Positions 48,729 through 58,951 of a stretch of DNA of 64,000 bases are shown here, piece by piece. The DNA lies in assembly GCA_963770935.1 (NCBI GenBank), contig CAVYRJ010000011.1, positions 64,001 through 128,000 of the forward strand, written 5' to 3'. Numbering within the stretch: position 1 is the stretch's first letter; each line of letters starts with the position of its first letter. The notes under the pieces are model-generated. The model saw only the letters and a program-made list of their open reading frames with translations. It ran no database searches and was not told the DNA's origin. Origin of the DNA: Candidatus Bathyarchaeota archaeon (GTDB lineage Archaea > Thermoproteota > Bathyarchaeia > Bathyarchaeales > Bathycorpusculaceae). The position numbers and the translations under genes are program-made.

Positions 48729-49370
48729 AGTATGCCAAATTCCCAAACGCAAGGTTGTCTTTTTTGCAACGGGCAACATCAACAAATTCAATGAGGCACG
48801 AAGCATCCTTAGCCAACATGGCCTCGCAGTCGGCATGCTCAAGCTGAAAGGGGACGAAATACAGAGCGAGAGCCTAAAAGAAATCGCACAAAAAAGCGTC
48901 ATAAAATGCTTATCAGACGGTGCCGCTTACCGATTTTTGTGGAGGACGCAGGCTTATTTATCGATGCCTTAAGCGGTTTTCCCGGTCCATACGCCGCTTA
49001 CGTTTACCACACTATCCACAACAGCGGTATCCTAAAACTCATGGAGAACTGGTAGAATAGGCATGCTAAATTCCAATCCGTCATAGCCTACTGCGACGAA
49101 CAAACCACTTGCGAACCTATATGTTTCGAGGGCGAATCCAAGGGCGAAATAACCTTGGCTGAACGCAAAGAACAGGGCAAGTCAGGTTTCGGCTTTGACC
49201 CAATCTTCCAGCCAGAAGGCAGCGACAAAACGTTTGCGGAAATGACTATCGAGGAAAAGAACGGTTACTCGCACAGGGCGATGGCTATACGCAAATTTGC
49301 TGAATGGTACATGAAACAGATAAGCCTAAGAGCTCAATTTGCACAAAACAAAATTTTATATTGGTATTGA
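48725..49370 (+). CDS. rdgB: Non-canonical purine NTP pyrophosphatase RdgB/Ham1 (frameshifts, one in-frame TAG)
   Basis: [34 protein letters not shown] read across frames. Confidence 0.88.
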
Positions 49371-49402
49371 TGCATAAGCAGAATTGGTGAGAGTGCAATT
49401 AT

Positions 49403-49912
49403 ATGATTCGAAATGCCGCAAGAGTCAAGTCTCCTTATGAGGGCTTAATTACTGCCTTAGCCATAGGCGGATTCTTCGTCATATTGGGTTCTGTCTTTGC
49501 CTTTACACCCGGAATCGTACAGGATTCAAACGCGTTCGTTTCAGACTTAACAACAGTATCGTTTCCGTTTGGCAGTCCAGGTTCAACAATGAGCCTGCTA
49601 GGTCCAGCGAACCCAGCCGACCATCAGGACTTCTACACTGCAGTCATGAATTTCCTTATAGGCGTCGGGGTTCTGCAAATCGTAGTTTTAGCCCTCAGGT
49701 TGGCGGTGCATTCGCGGACTAGTCGGATAGCTGAAAGTGTTGGCGACTTGATATTTTGGCTGGGTGCCGCAGCTGTGGCAAACATTTTCCTATTAGCAGG
49801 AACACTCAACAGCTGGTTCCAATTCTGGTCAGCATTAATCATTCTCATCGGTCTATCGTTGATTGGGCGGTTCTTCGTGCATATGGCAGGCAAGTTCCGA
49901 CGGCACGAATAA
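49403..49912 (+). CDS. Hypothetical 4-TM membrane protein
   Basis: Four hydrophobic segments. Confidence 0.75.
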   Translation: MIRNAARVKSPYEGLITALAIGGFFVILGSVFAFTPGIVQDSNAFVSDLTTVSFPFGSPGSTMSLLGPANPADHQDFYTAVMNFLIGVGVLQIVVLALRLAVHSRTSRIAESVGDLIFWLGAAAVANIFLLAGTLNSWFQFWSALIILIGLSLIGRFFVHMAGKFRRHE

Positions 49913-50001
49913 GAGAGGTAAAAATTTCGGATTTTTCTCTTAAAGGGATTACTTTTAAATATTCGTTGGGTGTGGATAAGGGTGCAGTTTAAGGTGTAAG
50001 C

Positions 50002-50442
50002 ATGCCAAAGCAAGAAAAAGGGAAATCCCATTCAATGCGCCCAGTCAGCAGGCGTCCTCCAAGCTGGTGCAAGTATCAGCCTGAAGAAGTAGATTCATTC
50101 ATAATTAAACTGGCTAAAGAAGGCCACTCACTAAGCGCAATAGGCACAATTCTAAGAGATCAATATGCTATTCCATTGGTGAAACCAATAACGGGCAAGA
50201 GCATAAGCGATACGCTAAAAGCAGCAAACTTGGCTCCAACCATGCCTGAAGACCTATCCAACCTCATGAAAAAGGCGCAGAGCCTCGCCGTCCACATGGA
50301 CAAAAACAAGAAAGACCTCCACAACAAACGCAACATGCAAATCATCGAAGCCCAAATCCACAAGCTATCCCGCTACTACAAGCGTGAGGGCGTTATCGCT
50401 AAGAACTGGAAGTACGTGCCAAAAATCGCTTCCGTAACCTAA
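50002..50442 (+). CDS. rps15: 30S ribosomal protein uS15 (S15P/S13e)
   Basis: GKSHSMRP, IGTILRDQY, PEDL, KDLHNKR, RYYK. Confidence 0.97.
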   Translation: MPKQEKGKSHSMRPVSRRPPSWCKYQPEEVDSFIIKLAKEGHSLSAIGTILRDQYAIPLVKPITGKSISDTLKAANLAPTMPEDLSNLMKKAQSLAVHMDKNKKDLHNKRNMQIIEAQIHKLSRYYKREGVIAKNWKYVPKIASVT

Positions 50443-50519
50443 ACTTTTCTTTCTATTTTAGATTTTATCTATTTCTTATACGCCAGCTTTAAATCCCATC
50501 AGCCCTTTTAGGCAAAGAA

Positions 50520-51995
50520 GTGATTAGGATGGCAATGCAGCAAAAATCCATCGAAGGCTTCTTAGAGGCAGAAAACGAAGCGGCAAAGGTAATTTTGGAA
50601 ACTGTCAAGAAAGACGGCTTTGTTTTGGTGTTTTCGCATTTGGATGCAGATGGGGTAGCAGCTGCAGGCGTCATAGGTAAAATGCTCTATCGACTCAATG
50701 CACGTTTCCGAATTCGAGTGATGCAGTGGGTTGATGACAAAATCATCGGCGAAGTCATCGCAGACAAACCGCAACTGGTTATTTTGACTGATTTTGGAAG
50801 TGGCTATCTGGACTTGCTAAACGAGAAAATCCCAAATGTTAAGGTTGTAATTCTTGATCACCATCAAATAACCAGCAAAGTTGTTAACCCAAATTTTGTG
50901 CAGGTTAACCCGCACCTCTTCGGCATCGATGGGGCGACAGATGTTAGCGGTTCAGGCGTGGCTTATTTTGCTGCTAGGGCTGTGAATTCGGCAAACATGG
51001 ATTTAGCACCTATAGCCTTGGTTGGCGCCTTGGGTGACATGCAGGACAAGTATGAACAACGCAGCCTACAAAGCCTAAACGAAATAATAGTTAACGATGG
51101 GGTCTCAACTGGCTTGTTAAAAGTTGAGAAGGACTTAATTTTCTTCGGTCGAGAAACAAGACCCATCTACAAGATGTTAGCTACCACAACTAACCCGTTT
51201 ATTCCAGGACTTAGCGGTCAAGAAACTGAAGCATTAAATTTTGTAGCAAACCTAGGCATTCCCCTCAAGCAGGGTGACAAGCTGAGGGCTCTTTGTGACT
51301 TAACCAACGAAGAGCGGAAACGGCTCTGTTCTGCTCTTGCTGACTACCTGCTATCTAGGGGGTTGCACATGGAAGTTGAAAACCTTATTGGCTACGTTTA
51401 TGTTTTGACTAAGGAAGAACCCAACACGGCGCTTCGTGATGGACGGGAATTCGCGGTTGTTTTGAATTCGGCAGGACGTATGGACCGTCCAAGCCTCGGC
51501 ATCGCTATCTGTATGGGCGACCGTAAAGCAGCTCTTGAAGAATCCAACAAAATTCTTGAAGACTACCGCAAGAACATTAACAAATACCTTGGTTGGGTAA
51601 GCGAAAAACCTGAACGTATGCGTGAACTCCAAAACATATATGTCATCTACGGGGAGAACTTTATCAACGAAAAAATCATCGGCACTGTTTCCTCCATTAT
51701 TGTGTCAAGTCTTGCCAACAACGAAAAACCGCTCTTAGCGTTTGCTAACATCGAGGCAGAGAAAGCGGCAAAGTTTTCCGGCAGAACAACCGAAGCTGCA
51801 CTGCGCAAAGGCGTCAACCTAGGAGATGTTATGCGTCTTGCTTCTGAAGCCAACGGCGGAAAGGGGGGAGGACACAACATCGCAGCAGGCGCACAAGTAC
51901 CTTTGGATAAGATTGAGGCTTTTCTGAAGTTGGCAGATGAGTTGATTGGAAGGCAATTGAAGGGGGAGAAGCTTGCAAGCAACAATAACGCTTGA
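50520..51995 (+). CDS. DHH/RecJ-like phosphoesterase (GAN/Cdc45-like)
   Basis: HLDADG, TDFG, DHH, GDMQD, GGGHNIAAG; lies between rps15 and pcc1, as GAN does. Confidence 0.9.
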   Translation: MIRMAMQQKSIEGFLEAENEAAKVILETVKKDGFVLVFSHLDADGVAAAGVIGKMLYRLNARFRIRVMQWVDDKIIGEVIADKPQLVILTDFGSGYLDLLNEKIPNVKVVILDHHQITSKVVNPNFVQVNPHLFGIDGATDVSGSGVAYFAARAVNSANMDLAPIALVGALGDMQDKYEQRSLQSLNEIIVNDGVSTGLLKVEKDLIFFGRETRPIYKMLATTTNPFIPGLSGQETEALNFVANLGIPLKQGDKLRALCDLTNEERKRLCSALADYLLSRGLHMEVENLIGYVYVLTKEEPNTALRDGREFAVVLNSAGRMDRPSLGIAICMGDRKAALEESNKILEDYRKNINKYLGWVSEKPERMRELQNIYVIYGENFINEKIIGTVSSIIVSSLANNEKPLLAFANIEAEKAAKFSGRTTEAALRKGVNLGDVMRLASEANGGKGGGHNIAAGAQVPLDKIEAFLKLADELIGRQLKGEKLASNNNA

Positions 51996-52224
51996 GTACA
52001 AAAGCGAGAAAACCGCGCAGGCTGTTTCAGAGGCGGTTTCGCCTGACAACTTCAAAACCCCAGTTGGGCTACAAGTTAAGACCATACGAGAAAAAAACAA
52101 AGTCATAACAGAAATAGACTGCGAAGGTAAACTCGTAACCTTCACAGCAACCATAGACGATTTGCTCTTTAGTGCATCGACCGCAGAAAAAACTCTTTAT
52201 ACAATAAACAAAATCAAAACCTAA
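51973..52224 (+). CDS. pcc1: KEOPS subunit Pcc1
   Basis: AVSPDN, TFTATIDDLL; conserved position after the DHH gene. Confidence 0.85.
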   Translation: MQATITLEYKSEKTAQAVSEAVSPDNFKTPVGLQVKTIREKNKVITEIDCEGKLVTFTATIDDLLFSASTAEKTLYTINKIKT

Positions 52225-52285
52225 GTTATCGCTGCCTTAAATTTTAAATATAAAAACCGTGAAAATTAGTCGAACTTTGATAAAC

Positions 52286-52640
52286 ATGCCCAAAATATCC
52301 GTTAAATTCGCTTTATCCATCTATTCACTGTTCATCGGCTTATATAATGATGATCTTTTGGATAGCTCTCGTCACAACGAACCAGATTTTGCCTGAGCAG
52401 ATTCCTTGGGCTATCTCGTTCCATTTGGCAGGAGAATTCGCAACAGCCCTTTTGCTGATTGTTTCCGGGGTGGGTTTATGGAAAAGTAAGGGTTGGACAA
52501 AGATCACTAATCTAAAGAAAGAACGGTTAGGCGAAATTACATATGCCAACGTTAACCCTGTTTTTCGCTCAAGTTTTTTCTTCACTGGAACCTTTTTGGG
52601 TCTGTGTCAATGTCCACGATTGTGGGTTTGTCTGATTTGA
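52286..52640 (+). pseudogene. Truncated or frameshifted membrane protein fragment
   Basis: MPKISVKFALSIYSLFIG / MMIFWIALV...FHLAGEFATALLLIVSG, then loses hydrophobic character. Confidence 0.4.
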
Positions 52641-54340
52641 GGGCTTTGTCCACGGCGGCTTCCAGTTGGTTTGGCTCAGTGACTTTGATTCCTATGCCTC
52701 CTGAGTGTTGGGCGAAGTCAGCGAAGTTATAATCAAATAGATCAGTTTGCCAGCCCTCATATCCCTCAACTTTCTGTTCCTGCATAATCATACCCAAATG
52801 CTTGTTGTTCATAACAAACACTTTGACTGGCAAATTGTACTTCAAAGCTGTTAAGAAATCGCCCAATACCATGGTTAAGCCGCCATCGCCAGTTAAACAC
52901 ACAATCTGCCGTTTAGGATAAGCCAAAGCCGCAGCCAATGCTCCTGGCAAACCAAAGCCCATGGTCGCCAAGGTTCCGCTCATGACCATCTTCTGCGTTT
53001 TCTTCATTCTAAAGTTTCTTCCAAACCACCAGCAGTTCTCGCCAACATCAAGAGAAATCACAGCGTCATCAGCGATTTTATCATTCAAAACTTTGATTAT
53101 GAACTGTGGTCTGATGGGTTTCATGCTGGAATTGGCTTCTTTTTCAAGCTGGTTTAGCCACACCTGCTTTAACCGTGTAACCTCAGCTAAATAATTCGGA
53201 TTGTGTTTGTGCTTAACTTTCTCAGTTAGTTTCGGAATCAAAACTGCACTGTTGCCCAGCAAGGCAACTTCAACTGGGTATCTGCGAGCAATCATCAATG
53301 GGTTAATGTCGATTTGGACTGTGACGTTTCTGTGGAATAAGCGATAAATCCGAAAACGATGAGCCAATTGCAATAAGTAAATCTGCCTTTGTCATGAGTT
53401 CACTTGCAGATGTTGAGCCTATTCCGCCGTGGCACCCTACATAAAGTGATTCGTTTTCGTCAACTACACCTTTAGCTCTAAAAGTAGCCATAATAGGAGC
53501 ATTAATTTTGGAGGCCAACTTTAACAGTTTATTTCCTTGCCCTCTTGCGCCAAAACCAGCTAAAATAACAGGTCTGCTGGCTGAATCGATAACTTTTGCT
53601 GCCTTCTCAACTAGCCATTCCTCCTGTCCGTAAGCCATGTTGGGCATTCTGCCCTCGAAAGGCAAAATCTCAGCTTCATACGGCAACTTTTGTACATCGT
53701 TGGGAATCCCGATGTGAGCCACACCCTGATCCAAAAGCGCATACTTAATGGCCAAAGTAGCCAGCGAAGTAGTCTGGTCCTGAGTCATCAAGGTTTTATT
53801 GTAGACGGTTAACGGTTCAAAAAATGCTTGCTGATCAATTTCTTGGATGGCACCCTGCCCAATATGTTTGCGGGGAACCATACCAGTCAACGCCAAAACA
53901 GGCGAATGATCCAGCTGCGCATCGTACAATCCAGTTACTAAGTTGGTTGCGCCTGGACCCGAAATTCCAAGGCAAGCCGCCACATGCCCAGTCAATTTGC
54001 CGTAAGCTGAAGCCATAAACGCTGCAGTTTCTTCGTGGCGAACCTGAATATACTTGACTCTGCCGTTTGTTTTCCGTATGGCATCCACCAATCCAAGCGT
54101 TGATGTACCAGGTATACCGAAAACGTACTGGACACCCCACGCGGCAATCTGGTTAATTAGCACCTCAGAAACAGTGTGTTCAACCGTTTTTTCTTCGGAC
54201 TTTTCCGCCAAAAGAACAAAAGCTGATTTGGGTGCTCCACAAACTGGGCAAACCCACTCTTTAGGCAAATCAGCAAACGCTACTTTCTCTTTCGTGTCAT
54301 CATAAACAAAATTGCAAACTGTACACCTATATTTTGCCAT
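52582..54340 (-). CDS. Rubredoxin-fused thiamine-diphosphate enzyme, pyruvate oxidase/dehydrogenase-like (frameshift near 53320)
   Basis: CTVC...FADLP..WVCPVCG rubredoxin; FGIPG, RHEE, SGPGATN, TMGFGLP and GDGG...NN motifs. Confidence 0.88.
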
Positions 54341-54456
54341 AACAAAACCTTCAAAACGCTATTAGAACTAAATCGTTTCGCCCTTATCAGTTTATTGGAA
54401 TAAAAAAATCGAACAATTTTTATAAACTGCTCCAGTCCTATTCACTATAAAGAGAG

Positions 54457-55398
54457 ATGAGTATTTTGGAGAATTGGGATGTCATAATCATCGGCGCTGG
54501 CTCCGCAGGGTTAGCCGCTGGAATATACACGGTGCGCAGTGGACTAAAATCATTGATTTTAGACGAGAAACTTCCAGGCGGAACAATCTCGGACGCCTCA
54601 ACGGTTGTGAATTATCCTGGATTTGCAGAAATTAGCGGTGGGGAACTAGCGGAGAAAATGGCACTTCACTGCCGAAAAGTCGGCGCAGTCATCCACGATT
54701 TGGAACCAGTCACCGAATTAGAGCTTACAGGCGAAAATAAAATCGTGAAAACCCCAAAAGCCACTTACGAAGCCAAAGCTGTCATAATCTCGCAGGGTTC
54801 ACATTACAGAGAAATCGGGGTTAAAGGCGAAAAAGAGTTCCGAGGAAGAGGAGTAAGCTACTGCGGAGTCTGTGATGGGCCATTCTTTAGGGGCAAAAAA
54901 GTTTTGGTTGTTGGCGGCGGAAACTCAGCTTGCATTACCACCCTTTATCTTTCAGGTCTTGCTGCGCAGGTTACTGTGATTCATAGGCGGGAGGCTTTCA
55001 GGGCGGAACAATCCTTGGTGACAGATATAGGTGCCAAGAGCAACGTAAACATTATGTGGAACACGGAAATTCGGGAAATAAAGGGCGACAAACAAGTCAA
55101 AGACGTCACTCTAATTGATAACTTGACTGGAAAAACAAGCGATCTAGCCGTTGATGCGGTTTTTGTGCAAGTCGGTGAAGCACCTAATAGCCAAATCGCC
55201 AAATCCAGCGGTGTAGAAACAGATGAGCATGGCTACATCAAAATCGACATCCACCAGCAAACCAATCTGCCTGGAGTTTACGCAGCGGGCGACGTGACTA
55301 ATCATCCAGTTAAACAAGTTGGCACTGCTGTAGGGCAAGGCATCACTGCGGCTTTGGAAGCGTACAGCCACATTAGACGACCGTATTACAGAAAATAG
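54457..55398 (+). CDS. trxB: Thioredoxin reductase
   Basis: GAGSAG, GVSYCGVCDG, GGGNSA, HRR, AAGD. Confidence 0.93.
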   Translation: MSILENWDVIIIGAGSAGLAAGIYTVRSGLKSLILDEKLPGGTISDASTVVNYPGFAEISGGELAEKMALHCRKVGAVIHDLEPVTELELTGENKIVKTPKATYEAKAVIISQGSHYREIGVKGEKEFRGRGVSYCGVCDGPFFRGKKVLVVGGGNSACITTLYLSGLAAQVTVIHRREAFRAEQSLVTDIGAKSNVNIMWNTEIREIKGDKQVKDVTLIDNLTGKTSDLAVDAVFVQVGEAPNSQIAKSSGVETDEHGYIKIDIHQQTNLPGVYAAGDVTNHPVKQVGTAVGQGITAALEAYSHIRRPYYRK

Positions 55399-55501
55399 AG
55401 AGAAAGGATTATAATATTCTTAACCTCTTTTCATGTTTTCAATCAGCCCAAGCATGCTAAAGCGGTAATTAGCGGCTAAACGGTGAAATGAGGTTTACAG
55501 A

Positions 55502-56728
55502 TTGAGTGAAAAATGTCTCGCGGTAGTGGAAATCGACCAAGACCTATGTAGCCGATGTTTTGTCTGCAAGTCAATTTGCCCCTATGAAGCAATAAAGGCG
55601 GATTCAACGGGAAAAGTTGAAATTAACAGTCAAGATTGCCAAGTATGCGGCATTTGCTACAGTGCTTGTCCATCTGCAGCTATAAAAATGCAGTATTATA
55701 CTTACGATAACCTATCTGAATACCTAAAGAAGGCACAGGAAAAAACCAAAAAAGGCGCTGACACGCTGGTTTTGATGTGCCGAGGAAACTCGCCTTCCAC
55801 AGGTGAAGTGCAAGATATCATTAAAGCACAAGGCTTGAAAGTTGACAATTACATGGCACTTCGTTTGCCCTGTGCGGGCAGAGTTCCAACAGACTTTGTT
55901 TTTGAAGCGTTAAATTCAGGAGTCAAAAACATTGTCTCCGTTCAATGTGAAGACCCCTTCTGCCGCTACAAAGAAGGAACAAAAATCAACACAAGAAGAC
56001 TCGTTTTGGCTCGCAATATTCTTAAACAGTTAGGCTTTGACGAGAACGCAGTTAGAGTTGTAAAGTTTTCAAGAAAAGCAATCTACGATGTGCAGAAATG
56101 TGTAGGCTGCGACAAATGCATTTTCATTTGTCCCTACGGCGCACTTGAGTTCGAGTCGTTTGCAACCCCAAAAGTTAACGAAGAGAAATGTGTCGGCTGT
56201 GGCGCATGCCAACTGGTTTGTCCACACCACGCTATACAAGTGAAGGGCTTCGAATTCGAGGATGTTGTTGATCGGTATGGGAAATCGCTTGAGCAGCTGA
56301 AAGCTAAAGGCAAAGGTCCAGCTGTTCTCGCATTTGTCTGTCAATGGTCAGAGTTTTCAGCGCTAGACAACCCAAACAAAACTTTTGAAGGCAAAAACGT
56401 GTTGGCGCTGGAAGTTCCATGCTTCAAATCCCTAGACCCAGTCCATATAATCAACGCATTAAATTGCGGCTTTGACGGTGTCATGGGTGTAGTTTGTTCA
56501 TCCAAAGATTGCAAACTCCAAGAAGGAAGAGACACAGCAGAACGTAACTTGGCTGCACTTCAAGTTGCACTCAAAAAGCTAGGTCTGCTTGACCGATTCG
56601 AGCTCTACGAGGAATCACCCCGTTGTGCGGGCGAATTTGAACAGAAACTCGATGAATTCTACAAGAAAATTTGTGCTTTACCTAAACGTGAAGTAACTGT
56701 GGAGGCGACTGCAAAACGTACAAAATAG
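55502..56728 (+). CDS. Tandem [2x4Fe-4S ferredoxin + MvhD/FlpD] x2 protein, probably fused to downstream NfnA
   Basis: Four CxxCxxCxxxCP motifs and two MvhD-like domains (MCR..PCAGR..CEDPFC; VCQW..PCFKS..CSSKDC). Confidence 0.88.
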   Translation: MSEKCLAVVEIDQDLCSRCFVCKSICPYEAIKADSTGKVEINSQDCQVCGICYSACPSAAIKMQYYTYDNLSEYLKKAQEKTKKGADTLVLMCRGNSPSTGEVQDIIKAQGLKVDNYMALRLPCAGRVPTDFVFEALNSGVKNIVSVQCEDPFCRYKEGTKINTRRLVLARNILKQLGFDENAVRVVKFSRKAIYDVQKCVGCDKCIFICPYGALEFESFATPKVNEEKCVGCGACQLVCPHHAIQVKGFEFEDVVDRYGKSLEQLKAKGKGPAVLAFVCQWSEFSALDNPNKTFEGKNVLALEVPCFKSLDPVHIINALNCGFDGVMGVVCSSKDCKLQEGRDTAERNLAALQVALKKLGLLDRFELYEESPRCAGEFEQKLDEFYKKICALPKREVTVEATAKRTK

Positions 56729-57555
56729 TAAGCAAAAAAGAACTTGTTCCAAAAATTAAACTGTTTGAAGTCGAAGCCCCTGACGTTGCGGCTCAATCGC
56801 AAGCTGGTCAATTCTTAATCGTGATACACGGCAAAACAGGCGAACGAATACCCCTAACCATTAGCGGTTATGACCGATCAAAAGGAACAATTTCGTTTGC
56901 TTTCCATGAAGTAGGCAAAACCACCAAAGGAATAGGTTTGCTAAATCAAGGCGACTGCATCGATAACGTTACTGGTCCACTTGGCAATCCATCAGAAATC
57001 AAAAATTACGGCAAAGTCCTCTGTGTCGGTGGAAGCGTCATGATTGCACCGCTACTATTGCAAGTTAAAGCAATGAAGGAAGCAGGCAACAAGGTAACTA
57101 CAGTCCTTGGTGCAAGAACAAAAGAATTCATCATGATGGAAAACGAAGCAAAAGCCCTCAGCGACAAAGTCTATGTTGCAACTGACGATGGCTCGGTGGG
57201 CTACAAGGGATTAGATTTCCTAAAAGATCTGCTGAAAACAGAAAAGTTTGACCGATGTGTTGTCATGGGTCCAGTTATCCTAATGAAGGATGTTAGCGAA
57301 ATCACCAAGCCCTACAACATTCCCACAATCGTAACCTTAACTCCGATTATGGTTGATGGCATGGGCATGTGTGGTGTATGCCGAGTTACGGTTGATGGCA
57401 AAATGATGTTCGGCTGCGTGGATGGTCCAGAGTTTGACGGTCACAAAACTAACTTTGACGAGTTAATTCTGCGTCAACGAACGATGCTTCCTGAAGAACG
57501 TTTGAGTTCAGTATTGTCTGAAATGAGTGGAGGATGTAAGTGTGGCAGAAGTTAA
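56716..57555 (+). CDS. nfnA: NfnA/SudB-like FAD/[2Fe-2S] subunit (no start codon of its own)
   Basis: TYKIVSKKEL...AGQF...GERIPLTI, VGKTT, GPLG, TDDGS, MVDGMGMCGVCR...CVDGPEFD. Confidence 0.88.
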   Translation, partial: TYKIVSKKELVPKIKLFEVEAPDVAAQSQAGQFLIVIHGKTGERIPLTISGYDRSKGTISFAFHEVGKTTKGIGLLNQGDCIDNVTGPLGNPSEIKNYGKVLCVGGSVMIAPLLLQVKAMKEAGNKVTTVLGARTKEFIMMENEAKALSDKVYVATDDGSVGYKGLDFLKDLLKTEKFDRCVVMGPVILMKDVSEITKPYNIPTIVTLTPIMVDGMGMCGVCRVTVDGKMMFGCVDGPEFDGHKTNFDELILRQRTMLPEERLSSVLSEMSGGCKCGRS

Positions 57556-58951
57556 GCCTAAACCAAAGTTAAACAAGAAAGCTGTAGAAATGGCAAAGCA
57601 AGAGCCTAAAGTTCGCGCCAAAAACTTCAGTGAAGTAGCTTTAGGTTACACTGAAGAAGAAGCCTTAGAAGAAGCAAGCCGGTGCCTACAGTGCCCCAAG
57701 CCTCAATGCGTGACAGGGTGTCCCGTCGAGGTTCCCATTTCATCATTCATCAAATGTATCCGAGAGAAAAAGTACGCTGAAGGCATAGCTACCATAAAAT
57801 CAAAAAATGCTCTGCCAGCTGTTTGTGGACGTGTATGCCCTCAAGAGGAGCAGTGCCAGAAAAAATGTGTCATCGGCAAGATGGGTGAACCAGTAAGCAT
57901 CGGACGCTTAGAACGGTTCTTAGCAGATTGGGAACGGCAAAACGGCTCGCAACTCCCCCCAAAAACCCCAGCCACAGGCAAAAAAGTAGCCATCGTAGGC
58001 GCTGGTCCAGCAGGATTAACGGCTGCAGCTGACCTAGTTAAGCTTGGTCACGAAATCACCATGTTTGAAGCGCTGCATGTTGGCGGCGGCGTGCTCATGT
58101 ATGGTATTCCAGAGTTCAGGTTGCCCAAAGAAATTGTGCAAAACGAAGTTAACTATGTCCAAAAGCTAGGCGTTGACTTGCGCCTTGGCAATTTGGTCGG
58201 CAGAATCCACACCATCCCCGAGCTAATGAAGAATGGGTACGATGCAGTTTTCATTGGAAGCGGTGCTGGTTTGCCTCAGTTCACTGGTTGTTCTGGGGAG
58301 AACCTTGGCGGAATCTACTCAGCTAATGAGTTTCTCATTCGTGTTAACCTTATGAAAGCATACCTGTTTCCTGAATATGATACTCCAATACGCCTCGGTA
58401 AGCATGTAGTCGTTATCGGCGGCGGAAACGTAGCCATGGATTGTGCAAGAAGCAGCATGCGACTTGGCAGTGAAGTATGCTTGCTCTATAGACGCTCAAG
58501 AAACGAGCTACCAGCAAGACATGAAGAAATCGAGAACGCCGAAGAAGAAGGCTTAATCTGCAAGTTCCTTGCCGCTCCAGTTGAATTCTACGGTGACGAA
58601 AAAGGCTGGGTTAAATCCATGAAAGTCATTGCAATGGAACTCACTGAACCAGATGCTAAGGGTAGAAGGGGAGTAAAAACGGTTCCAGGCAGCGAATTCA
58701 TCATGGATGTCGACACAGTAATCATCGCCATCGGACAAACACCAAACCCAATCATCCAACGCACCACAGGCGGCTTACAAAGCGACCCAAGACACGGAAC
58801 CATATGCGTTAACGAGGTCGGCAAAACCAGCTTAGACGGAGTTTACGCAGGCGGAGACGTGGCAACAGGAGCAGCAACAGTCATTAGCGCAATGGGAGCA
58901 GGCAAACGCGCAGCCAAAGCAATGCACGAATACCTAAGCAACAAAAAATAA
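57542..58951 (+). CDS. nfnB: NfnB/SudA (GltD-like) NADPH-dependent subunit
   Basis: RCLQC...CVTGCP, GRVCPQEEQC, GAGPAG, YGIPEFRLP, GGGNVAMD, YRR. Confidence 0.92.
   Translation: MAEVKPKPKLNKKAVEMAKQEPKVRAKNFSEVALGYTEEEALEEASRCLQCPKPQCVTGCPVEVPISSFIKCIREKKYAEGIATIKSKNALPAVCGRVCPQEEQCQKKCVIGKMGEPVSIGRLERFLADWERQNGSQLPPKTPATGKKVAIVGAGPAGLTAAADLVKLGHEITMFEALHVGGGVLMYGIPEFRLPKEIVQNEVNYVQKLGVDLRLGNLVGRIHTIPELMKNGYDAVFIGSGAGLPQFTGCSGENLGGIYSANEFLIRVNLMKAYLFPEYDTPIRLGKHVVVIGGGNVAMDCARSSMRLGSEVCLLYRRSRNELPARHEEIENAEEEGLICKFLAAPVEFYGDEKGWVKSMKVIAMELTEPDAKGRRGVKTVPGSEFIMDVDTVIIAIGQTPNPIIQRTTGGLQSDPRHGTICVNEVGKTSLDGVYAGGDVATGAATVISAMGAGKRAAKAMHEYLSNKK

Noticed and set aside
49053-49055. In-frame TAG in rdgB (MENW*NRHAKF) as possible pyrrolysine readthrough
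   Set aside because: It lies in the most indel-rich stretch, at a non-catalytic position, and no pyl genes are in the window. Compensating sequencing errors are a simpler explanation.
57542-58951. Glutamate synthase small subunit
   Set aside because: No large subunit is nearby and it is directly coupled to an NfnA-like gene, so NfnB is the better call.
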